This document shows positions 16,601 through 23,757 of a DNA stretch of 28,509 nucleotides, in pieces; within the stretch, counting starts at the first letter, position 1; each line of letters opens with the position of its first letter. Below the pieces are notes generated by a model. That model was not told the origin of the DNA, searched no databases, and saw only the letters and a list, made by a program, of their open reading frames with translations. The stretch comes from Polyangiales bacterium. Lineage in GTDB: Bacteria > Myxococcota_A > Polyangia > Polyangiales > Polyangiaceae. Location: the NCBI GenBank assembly GCA_038230375.1, contig JBBRNJ010000101.1, positions 1 through 28,509 on the forward strand, read 5' to 3'. The position numbers and the translations under genes are program-made.

Positions 16601-17254
16601 GACAGCGAGCTCCGGCTCGGGCGAGCCATCCAGGCGCGAGTCGTGACGAGACTCGCGAAGCCACGCGAGCCCGAGGTCGAGGATGTACGAGCGCGGACCG
16701 CGACCGGAGCTCGCCATGTCGAGCATGACGTTGGACGGCTTCATGTCGCCGTGAATCACGCCTCGCGCGTGCGCATGCGCGAGCCCTGCGAGGACCTGAT
16801 CGACGAGCGACCACATGACGGGCCACGGAACAGTTGTAGTATGCATCCACTCGTGGACGCTGCGCCCGGGGAGCGCATCCATCACGAGGTACGGCGAGCC
16901 ATCGAGCAGCGTGCCGAAATCGCGTGCGCGCACGATCGCGGGGTGCTCGAGCGACGCAACGGCACGCGCCTCCTGCTGGAACCACCAGCTCTCTTCCTGG
17001 CGCGGTGACTTCGATTCCTCGGGCGGGCGCAGACGCTTCAGCGCGACGCGGTCGTGCGTGACAAGATCGCGGCAGAGATAGACGACGCCCATGCCGCCGC
17101 GACCGAGCTCGCGCAGGACCTCGTAGCGATTGACGAGCACCTGCCCGATCTCGCTCTTCGGCTTGACCGACTCGGGCGGCGGAACGGAGCGAGACCCGCT
17201 GCCGTCGGCGGGGGTTCCGTCGTCGCGTTTCTGGGCCTTGTCGCCGGGATTCAC
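13667..17254 (-). CDS. Ser/Thr protein kinase - STAND-type P-loop NTPase - TPR protein (1195 aa)
   Basis: Kinase motifs LGRGGMGVVY, VALK, HGDMKPSN, DLG and APE. Walker A GEAGVGKS, Walker B WFDDLH, GNPLF (GxP), and a helical TPR-like C-terminus. Confidence 0.92.
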   Translation of the reverse strand: MNPGDKAQKRDDGTPADGSGSRSVPPPESVKPKSEIGQVLVNRYEVLRELGRGGMGVVYLCRDLVTHDRVALKRLRPPEESKSPRQEESWWFQQEARAVASLEHPAIVRARDFGTLLDGSPYLVMDALPGRSVHEWMHTTTVPWPVMWSLVDQVLAGLAHAHARGVIHGDMKPSNVMLDMASSGRGPRSYILDLGLAWLRESRHDSRLDGSPEPELAVHSGAGTVGWVAPEQIRKLAAHVGPATDLYALGCIMYRVMTGKEVFEGTAQEVLRAHKRTPVPLPVLGPGVPPAVAQYVQRLLAKKPWHRFDLAADARRAWSLFRPAEAPTMEETVASMPSLPPAPSSTPVDVGKAIAAARSLAPGLLSLRPSPMVAREEERRELMDTVGALCSGIGTTHRMIALIGEAGVGKSRLVEWLCEQVHERGLMWPLRARYGRTPSPLDGLTGAVNKYFNLEGADRELVEQTLINRWEVEAEDDESLSWVAATSEWLRPTPPGTTIPVGPSGKRFVLDTPEIRWAVVRRVLERMGRDRPVCIWFDDLHLSGANTFDMLARLHRDAPRLRLLIVATARSEALETDLDAALRMEALRADWKGKVFELKPLGTEETHALLRATLPLQEEAVVTATMQSRGNPLFALQLVHAWAGGGYLQMEAGKYRVPEEALRGRAITTAELWDERLRGVPTDMRLAAYAAAALGDDVRGVVLRALTTSLGMDSRDALVALTRAQILLASGTDQFRWAHALLQEHLLNRLHERSDAPAIFRLAASALGKHPEVGSRRIMKHRVRNLLRAGDDDVAADLMFRFIEGAWARGRDTTATLKDLTLLDGHVSGKTEAEYAYWRAEALRHAGKLEEAREQAERARKMFAETQDAQREARALKLLGHISSDIGAPSQGKALVQQALARFQHAKDDRGYAQALVVLGEIDYLLGEHARARTVLAEAVSRCEALSDSLGRAQCFILLAMIETAVGGYGRARSLLVDARAAFDAIGYRLGMAQCDVVLGHADHRAGEMDKARARTLAARVAFRELQTPRGEGACERLLAMIGIDTNDLAAATAHATVALKIYERLNDPWGELEARLLLAQVALAQDDPRADDLVARCCAITLDEAEPRQHRHLTVAWLCQRQGRWEEAAKEIDDARAAFGDRARCGDHTPQLLARFSKMSWTGPSLSKIDAWLQLIASANPDEAVSSQWPLTKR

Positions 17255-17293
17255 GCCCTGGAGGCTACCGCACTCCGCGCGCAGCGCGCCATA

Positions 17294-17965
17294 CTACTTC
17301 AGGTGCGCCGACTTGACCGGCGGCTTCACCTTGGGGCGCGTGCCGATCACCATGTCCCAGAGCGCGCTGGAAACGCCAAAGCCACCCGCGTGATCCATGT
17401 GGTGGTGGAGCATGTGGTGGCGCTTGAGGCGCTTGCCGTAGCCGGAGGTGAGCTTGAAGTGGTGGATGGCGTAGTGCGAGCCGTCGTACCAGAGATAGCC
17501 CAGCACGAACCCCGTGAAGAACGGCGCCGCGTAGTGGCCAAGCGTGACGGAGAACAGGCTGTAGAAAATGATCGAGAGCGGGATGCTCGTGAGCAGCGGC
17601 ATCACGAGACGGTCCTTGTCGTTCGGGAAGTCGTGGTGCACGCCGTGGAGCAGGAAGTGGATTCGCTTCCCCCACGCGGTCTCGTTCGTCCAGTGGAACA
17701 CCCAGCGGTGCAGGATGTACTCCGCGATCGTCCAGACGAAGATGCCAGCGGGCACGAGCGCGACCGCCGTCGCAACGGGCAGGACGTGTGTGTACAGCGC
17801 ACGACCGAGAACGAATGCGGCGATCGGGATCCAGAACACGAACGGCGTCGCCGGATGAATCCGGGTGAACTTCTCCAGGAAGTCGTTCTCGAACATGCGA
17901 CACGTCTCGGGCCGCTTGTTGGAGGCGGCTTCGGAGGTCTCTGCGGATGCGAGGCTTGAACTCAT
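17294..17965 (-). CDS. Fatty acid hydroxylase (FA2H/Scs7-like; sterol desaturase superfamily), no cytochrome b5 domain
   Basis: His boxes EYILHRWVFH, LHGVHH, YDGSHYAIHH and RHHMLHH, plus RMFENDFLE, DRLVMP and FGVSSALWD. Confidence 0.9.
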   Translation of the reverse strand: MSSSLASAETSEAASNKRPETCRMFENDFLEKFTRIHPATPFVFWIPIAAFVLGRALYTHVLPVATAVALVPAGIFVWTIAEYILHRWVFHWTNETAWGKRIHFLLHGVHHDFPNDKDRLVMPLLTSIPLSIIFYSLFSVTLGHYAAPFFTGFVLGYLWYDGSHYAIHHFKLTSGYGKRLKRHHMLHHHMDHAGGFGVSSALWDMVIGTRPKVKPPVKSAHLK

Positions 17966-18172
17966 TCTGGCACGGCGAGAATTATCACTGAATCTCTTAC
18001 GCGCAACCTCCTTCGCCGGATTCCTTGGGTTTGCGCCCTCACACCCCCCACGAGCCCTCACGGGCGCCCTCACGGAGATGGGCGCCGTGCTCACGTCGAG
18101 TCCGATAGTTGACGTTCTCGGAAAGTGAAAACGACACGCCAGAGAAGAGAAACCTTGACGCTCACCCCCTAG

Positions 18173-18185
18173 ATGTATGATGCAT
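18173..18185. promoter_or_regulatory. Imperfect palindrome over the putative -10 of marR (candidate autoregulatory operator)
   Basis: ATGTAT-g-ATGCAT (1 mismatch) overlaps TATGAT (18176-18181). TTGACG lies at 18155-18160. Confidence 0.4.
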
Positions 18186-18194
18186 GCGGCTCTC

Positions 18195-18650
18195 ATGGCT
18201 GACCAAGACAGGTTTGCGCGTATTGCGATGACGGTGGCTCGAGGGCTCGGGCGGCTTGGCCGCGAACGGGCTCGTGCGGGTGAGGTGACCCCGCAGCAGG
18301 CAGAGACGTTGCAGCTCCTCGCGGAGCGTGGCGCTTTGTCTACGTCCACCTTGGCTACCTTGCTCGGTATCGACCCGTCGACGGCGAGCCGCAACCTGGC
18401 GGGGCTGGAGCGGCCGAGCGACGGCCGACCCGGCTTCATCACCCGCAAGAAGGGTGCAGACGACGGCCGTCAGACGGACATCCGTCTGTCGCCGCGCGGC
18501 AAGCGCACCGCGGACGCCGTTGCCAGCGAGGCCCAGCAGGCTTACGCGGGCCTCGTCGAGAAGCTGCCGCGCGCTGATCGCGTGAAGGTCATCGAGGCGC
18601 TCGAGGTCCTTGCTCGTGCGCTCGACGGCGGCGAATCCGACGCCGGCTGA
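18195..18650 (+). CDS. MarR-family transcriptional regulator
   Basis: wHTH VTPQQAETLQLL...LATLLGIDPSTASRNLAGLE and wing motif DGR...LSPRG. Start 18195 or 18177. Confidence 0.9.
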   Translation: MADQDRFARIAMTVARGLGRLGRERARAGEVTPQQAETLQLLAERGALSTSTLATLLGIDPSTASRNLAGLERPSDGRPGFITRKKGADDGRQTDIRLSPRGKRTADAVASEAQQAYAGLVEKLPRADRVKVIEALEVLARALDGGESDAG

Positions 18651-18721
18651 GTTGGGATCTGGTACGCAGCGAGGCTGAGGCTCGTGCCGGATGGGCGCAG
18701 CGATCGAGAAAGCGAGAGCAC

Positions 18722-18751
18722 AGAGCGTCACTCCCGAGGGAGCGGCGCTCT
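18722..18751. terminator. GC-rich hairpin between convergent marR and VIT-vWA genes
   Basis: AGAGCGTCACTCC-cgag-GGAGCGGCGCTCT followed by TCGCCATTTCGTATTT. Confidence 0.55.
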
Positions 18752-18794
18752 TCGCCATTTCGTATTTCGTGCGAGCCGCCGGTGCTTGCGACGC

Positions 18795-21700
18795 TCAGTC
18801 GCCGTTCAGGAACGCGCCGACGTCGTCGGATGATGCGGGCACGAGCACCGACTCGTAGCGAACGTCCACGCGCCCGACGCGCGCTCGATCCTGCGAGATG
18901 TGGAACGGTACCGTCCGCGCGCCATCCGCAGCGTTGATGACCACGCGGCCGTCGATGGGCTGCGAGCCGGGACTTGCGCGCACCGCTTCCACCTCGAATG
19001 CGCCAGCGCCCCAGTCGTTGAGCGAGAGCGCCTCGCGCGTCTGCGAAGTGACGTCCTCCGCCTTGATCTTCCGCGAGCGTGAGACCCAGCTGATTCGCTC
19101 GCCGGACGGCGTGATGAGCACGAGGTCGACGTCGGCAGCCTGATCCCAGGTTGCCTTGAGCAGGATTGCACCGGAATCCGCGCGCTCGGAGTCGATGCGC
19201 GTCAGCTTATCCATGCGGTCTTTCGCCTTCGGGAGCGCTGTGATCCACGCCTCCGAGGCCTGCATGCGACCGAACGTCCGCTCGCATGCGGAGGCACGCG
19301 CCACGCTGTCTGCATCGGTCGGCCGAAGCTCTGCGACGGTGACGCGGAACGAACACGCCCGCGCGTCGCCCTGGCGCTCGTAGGCCTCTGCGAGGCTCGT
19401 CGCGAGGCGGCTCGCGTCGTCGGGCACGATGGTCGGTGAGGAGAGCGCGCCGGAGAGGATGCGCATGGCACGCGCGCGGTCACCCTTGCGCATGACCACG
19501 TCAGACTCGAGCGAGATCATGTCGGCGTCGAGCGGATCGCGTTCCTTCCATTTCGTGAGCACGCGATCGAGCTCCTCGAGGTCGCCGCTGTGGGAGAGCG
19601 CCAGCGCGAGGGCCTTGTGCTTGCCGCGCTCGTCCGGGGCTTGTGCCAGCGCTTCGCGCGCGGTGCGCACCTTGTCCGTGTCCGACGCGACGAACGGATC
19701 GTCCACGACCGATGCGTGACGGACCCAGGTGCGTTTCATCCAGCGACCGGGCCGGCGGCGGTTCCAGTTGCTGGGCGCCTCGTCGGCCCACGGGTTGGGG
19801 CTCCAGCCACCGGCGCCAGCGGGCGCCTTGCGCGCTGCGGGAGGGCTGACCGTGGACGGCATGGGAGCCGGCTCGTCGAAGGTGCCCTCCGACTGCGCCA
19901 TCGCCTTCGGGGCCGTGGCCCTCACGCCGCCGCTGCGGCCGCCGCCTGAGCCGAAGCCCTGGCCCGTGCCCGTGCCCGCGAGCGCGGAGCCAAGAGCACC
20001 AGAGAGATCGTCCGGCGAAGCGGCCTTCTTGTCCTCGTCCTTGTCGTCGCCACCGAGCGACGAGTGGCCGAGCGTCGTGCTGTCGGCGACAACGGTGCCC
20101 GTGGCGGCCGTCTCGCCGGTCCACTGCGCACCACGCTGGGCGCGCTCGATGCCGAACGCGGTGAACATCGCTTCGCTCTCGAGGACGAGGAGCGACGTGA
20201 ACTTCGACGGGACCGAGTACTTGCGAGACAGGCTCACGAGCTCCGCCTTGTCGGCGTCCGTCCCGAAGCGCTCTTTCTCGTCGATGGTGCTCGCCGCGAA
20301 CAGGCGAGGCACGAACGCGTTCTTCTCGTCCGAGACCGCGGTCACGTCGATCGGGTAGTGGGCCTCGAACGGCTCACCAGACACCTTGCCCTTGAGCACC
20401 ACGTCGCCCTTCACGGACGTGCCGAAAAGGCGCGCCGTGATGACCGTCTCGGAGCCAGCGCGCAGCGCGCACAGGTGGGTCGGTGCGACGGCTGTGAGGC
20501 CGTCCGGAAGCGTCAGGGACACCTCCGAGAGCATGCGGCCGTACGTTGCGCTGACCACGCTCATGGCCGCCGTCTCGAGCGATTCGCCGGGCTGGTAGGA
20601 GACCATCACGCCGCCACCGCCACGGGCGATCTCGGAGAGCGCCGTGGTGTTGGACTGCGCGCCCACCGGCACCGAGACAACCACTGCCTTCGGTTCACCG
20701 GCCAGGACCTCGCGAACGCGATCGGCGAGTCGATTGGTGCTGCGGTAGCCCGCGCTGGGCACACCGTCGGAGATGATCGTCACCTTGAGCTCACGTGCTT
20801 TGTCGCGTCCAGTGGTGCTGGCAGCGGCGCGCACTGCGCCGATGAGGTCGGTCGCGCCCTCGGGCGTCACGCCGGCGAGGAACGCATCCACGTCGTGTGC
20901 ACCCGGACCGCCTGGCGCGATGAACCCGCTCGTGAGCTGCTTGCACTCGACGTCGCATGCGAGGACGGTGACGCGGTCGCGTCGGTCGAGCTCGGAGGCG
21001 ATCTGGGTCGCGAGACGACGCGCGCGAACGTACCGCTCGCCGGTCATGGAGCGGCCTGCGTCGACCACGATGACCTGGTCACGCGGCGCGGACTCCGTTG
21101 CGTGTGGCAGCTTCGGACGCAACGCAATCGCGGCGAACGACTCCGGAGACTTGCCGGTGTTATCGGTGAAGGCCCAGGCGACCGCGTCAGCGCGCGCGTC
21201 CTCCGGCTCGTACTCCACCGTGAGGTCGCCCGACGGCGTGAAGCTCGTCATGTTCCCGGAGAAGCGAACGCCGCCGCTCTCCTCCGCCTGTGTGAGCTCG
21301 TAGCCGCGCACGCGCACAGGCTTCGCCTTGTCGTAGCCGACAACGCGTGCGTCGACGTGGAAATTTCCGATGTTGAGGGCGCTCGCTGTCGACTGCGGAA
21401 GTGGGTACGTGTACCGCCGCATGTTGCCGGAGGACTGCACGGTCTCCGTGTAAGCGATGATGACGCGACGCGAGCCGCGCTTCGGGATCGGAAAGATCTT
21501 CAGCTCGAAGCGGCCACCTGCCTGCCACTCGAGGAGCGCGGGATCGCGCCAGGGACCAGGCACCCAGATGATTTCCGCGCGAGGCTTCGGCGCCAGCGGG
21601 GCGGCCTGCTGGATGGCGCCGCGCCAGATCGCAGCGGCCTTGGCCTTGTCGGTGAACTCGCCCTCGATCATCTTGCCGTCGACCTCGAGGCCGAGGCGCT

Positions 21701-22538
21701 CGATCTCCGCGCCCGGAGGCAGGGGGAAGCGATAGACGCCTTCGAGGACGTCGTCGGTGTCGTTGAAGAACGTCTCGTCAATCTCGGTTCGCGCGACAGT
21801 GCCGGCGACGCGGATCTTCACGTCGTGGGCCTGCAAGCGCACGGCGCGATCCTTCTCGGTGGTGTTGCCGGGCTTGCGGGCGCGAAGCTCGCCAAGGCCG
21901 GACACGGGGAGATCTGTGTCCTCGTTGTGCGCCAGCGCTTGCCCGAAAGCGGAGCGCTGCGCCATGTCGTTTGCGGGCGCCACGTCGATGCGGTCACTGC
22001 TCACCACGGCCTCTTCGCCTGCGTGGACGGAGGCCTTGTGGGTGCCGCTCTGGACCTCCACGTCGCCGCGCAGGACCTCCACGTTGGAGCGGTCCGCGAG
22101 CGCGGTCACGAGCAGCTTCGTCCCGAGCACATGCACGTCGCCGGTGGGCAAGAGCAAGTGGGCGAGCGGCGCGCCATCCACGTGCGCCACGTCGCAGAGG
22201 ACCGTGCCGCGAACGACTCGCATCGTGCGCGATGCGTCGTCGACGGAGAGCTCCGTGTCGCGCTCGACCAGCATCTCCGTGCCGTCGTCCATCATCAAGC
22301 GCGCGCGCGTCTTGCTGTCGGTGACAAGCTTGCCGCCGCCGCCGAGCTCGTCGCCTTCCTTGATCGTCGGCGTCGCTTGCGAGCTGACTACCTTGGCTAC
22401 CTTGCCGTGCCAGGCCTTGCCTGTCGCGCGCTTCGCCGCCCGCGCCGGATCCGCGGCCCAATAGCCCGAGGCGCTGCCCGCCACGATTCCGACCAGCGCC
22501 AGCCCAACCCACCGCGACCGAATTCTTCGAAGAGCCAT
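18795..22538 (-). CDS. Membrane-anchored/secreted FecR - VIT - vWA - TPR - YfaP/DUF2135-like multidomain protein (1247 aa)
   Basis: N-terminal hydrophobic segment. FecR pattern (ARLMMDDGT...RGTV...VHVLGTK...VEVLRGDVEV...AGE); VIT (VARTEIDETFFN...EGVYRFPLP...RDPALLEW); vWA (VIVVDAGRSM, GATDL, IISDG); C-terminal WDQAADVDLVLITPSGE. Confidence 0.85.
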   Translation of the reverse strand: MALRRIRSRWVGLALVGIVAGSASGYWAADPARAAKRATGKAWHGKVAKVVSSQATPTIKEGDELGGGGKLVTDSKTRARLMMDDGTEMLVERDTELSVDDASRTMRVVRGTVLCDVAHVDGAPLAHLLLPTGDVHVLGTKLLVTALADRSNVEVLRGDVEVQSGTHKASVHAGEEAVVSSDRIDVAPANDMAQRSAFGQALAHNEDTDLPVSGLGELRARKPGNTTEKDRAVRLQAHDVKIRVAGTVARTEIDETFFNDTDDVLEGVYRFPLPPGAEIERLGLEVDGKMIEGEFTDKAKAAAIWRGAIQQAAPLAPKPRAEIIWVPGPWRDPALLEWQAGGRFELKIFPIPKRGSRRVIIAYTETVQSSGNMRRYTYPLPQSTASALNIGNFHVDARVVGYDKAKPVRVRGYELTQAEESGGVRFSGNMTSFTPSGDLTVEYEPEDARADAVAWAFTDNTGKSPESFAAIALRPKLPHATESAPRDQVIVVDAGRSMTGERYVRARRLATQIASELDRRDRVTVLACDVECKQLTSGFIAPGGPGAHDVDAFLAGVTPEGATDLIGAVRAAASTTGRDKARELKVTIISDGVPSAGYRSTNRLADRVREVLAGEPKAVVVSVPVGAQSNTTALSEIARGGGGVMVSYQPGESLETAAMSVVSATYGRMLSEVSLTLPDGLTAVAPTHLCALRAGSETVITARLFGTSVKGDVVLKGKVSGEPFEAHYPIDVTAVSDEKNAFVPRLFAASTIDEKERFGTDADKAELVSLSRKYSVPSKFTSLLVLESEAMFTAFGIERAQRGAQWTGETAATGTVVADSTTLGHSSLGGDDKDEDKKAASPDDLSGALGSALAGTGTGQGFGSGGGRSGGVRATAPKAMAQSEGTFDEPAPMPSTVSPPAARKAPAGAGGWSPNPWADEAPSNWNRRRPGRWMKRTWVRHASVVDDPFVASDTDKVRTAREALAQAPDERGKHKALALALSHSGDLEELDRVLTKWKERDPLDADMISLESDVVMRKGDRARAMRILSGALSSPTIVPDDASRLATSLAEAYERQGDARACSFRVTVAELRPTDADSVARASACERTFGRMQASEAWITALPKAKDRMDKLTRIDSERADSGAILLKATWDQAADVDLVLITPSGERISWVSRSRKIKAEDVTSQTREALSLNDWGAGAFEVEAVRASPGSQPIDGRVVINAADGARTVPFHISQDRARVGRVDVRYESVLVPASSDDVGAFLNGD

Positions 22539-22615
22539 CGGTGCATGATGACGCTCGGGGGCCCGAAAAGTTCTCTATTTCTCGTGGGACGGCGCCAGAT
22601 CCAGCTCGATCCCCG

Positions 22616-22927
22616 CTAAAACGGCAGCTTTCCCTGGTTCATTGCGCCGGGGATGGGGTCCACGGTGACACCCAGCAGGGCCTCTTCACGTGCGAGATCC
22701 GCCTCCATCAGATCCTGGTTGTCGTATGCAAACGCCAGGGCCGACAGCACACGAGACGGCCCGAGCGTGGGATATCGCTTGAGCAGCGTCTCGACCGACA
22801 CGCCCTTGCGATGCCACGACCAGAGCCGGCGCACGGGGATCTTCGTGCCCACGACGATCGGACTGCCACCCAGGAGATCAGGGCGCGCCTCGACATGGGG
22901 GTGGGAGACTCGCGCGGTAGGAAGCAT
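22616..22927 (-). CDS. DUF433-domain protein (antitoxin-like HTH, 103 aa)
   Basis: PDLLGGSPIVVGTKIPV...GVSVETLLKRYPTL...ALAFAY matches the DUF433 pattern. Confidence 0.85.
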   Translation of the reverse strand: MLPTARVSHPHVEARPDLLGGSPIVVGTKIPVRRLWSWHRKGVSVETLLKRYPTLGPSRVLSALAFAYDNQDLMEADLAREEALLGVTVDPIPGAMNQGKLPF

Positions 22928-22989
22928 CCTCCTATCTTTCCGCGCGAACTGCCGGATGTCGACTTTCTGGGATCCTGTGACGACCGGGC

Positions 22990-23223
22990 TTACTCGCTGT
23001 CCTTCGGTGGAGCACCGCGGCGGACGTGGGGAGCCATTCCGCCCTTGCGGCCGGCCTCGCGCGCCTCGTCGCTCGAGAACTCGTGGGCGGTGCCCGCGGC
23101 GTGTGCAGCCTTCCCGCCTTTGCTGGCGATCTCGCTCACGCGCTTGCGATCCATGGCCGCAAACCCACGGGGGCGACGGGGCTTTGCTTCGGTGGCTTGC
23201 TTCTGAGACTCGTTCGTTTGCAT
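22990..23223 (-). CDS. KGG-repeat general stress protein (YciG/GsiB/Con-10-like)
   Basis: RGFAAMDRKRVSEIASKGGKAAH and HEFSSDEAREAGRKGG. Start 23223 (AAGGA upstream) or 23271. Confidence 0.9.
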   Translation of the reverse strand: MQTNESQKQATEAKPRRPRGFAAMDRKRVSEIASKGGKAAHAAGTAHEFSSDEAREAGRKGGMAPHVRRGAPPKDSE

Positions 23224-23484
23224 GTCGTTGTCGTCCTTCGATGCACCAGGGTGGGTCTTGGTTCCGCTCATGGCTTCTGTGGACCGCTCCCGCCAAACGG
23301 GTCAGCCATCGCAAAAAACCGTAAGCCCCAACGCGCGAACCCGCAGGACGGCCGGTCCGACAAAAGCCCCACCTCGTCCGTTGCAGGCGCCCACCCAACG
23401 AAATCACGAATGTAACGAAGATGTTACCTGCCGGCGTCTGGCGCGCGGATGGCTGTTCTGGGCTGGGTGACCAGCCATTGTGGG

Positions 23485-23757
23485 TCAGTTCAGCGTTCGC
23501 TTGTCGAAATGGGCGACGGCATCCTCGACTGCGACCCGGATCTGCTCGTTCACCTCGCGCGGGGTGGCATCCGAGTCCACGATGATGCCCACGTGCCCAT
23601 CGCCGTCGTCGAAGAAGCCGCCCGCCAGCCGTGACGACCTGTCGCGACCGTTACGCGAGAAGCTCAGCGTCGATACTGGAAGCGAAATCACGGTGGCGCC
23701 CACCGCGACCTCCACCACGCCGACCTGTTTGCCAAGGAAGTCCGGAGGGGTCTGCAT
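23485..23757 (-). CDS. Small hypothetical protein (90 aa)
   Basis: Globular-looking sequence with GC3 bias. TACGTT lies 6 nt before ATG 23757, and the hairpin GGCTGG-tcac-CCAGCC (23461-23476) follows the stop. Confidence 0.65.
   Translation of the reverse strand: MQTPPDFLGKQVGVVEVAVGATVISLPVSTLSFSRNGRDRSSRLAGGFFDDGDGHVGIIVDSDATPREVNEQIRVAVEDAVAHFDKRTLN

Noticed and set aside
17968..17983. TGGCACG perfect sigma54 -24 element
   Set aside because: No GC at the -12 position (reads GAATT), and it is far from the marR start.
20064..22619. 851-aa plus-strand ORF
   Set aside because: Antisense shadow of the FecR-VIT-vWA gene with no recognisable domain.
22616..23407. 263-aa extended DUF433 ORF suggesting a KGG-DUF433 fusion or frameshift
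   Set aside because: The extension is an off-frame read through the KGG gene, which has its own stop at 22990. No slippery site is evident.
23281..23480. Possible c-di-GMP or other known riboswitch upstream of the KGG gene
   Set aside because: I could not find the GEMM core (GGCAAAC...GAAA...GACGCAAAGC) or another recognisable aptamer consensus by eye. An Rfam scan would settle it.
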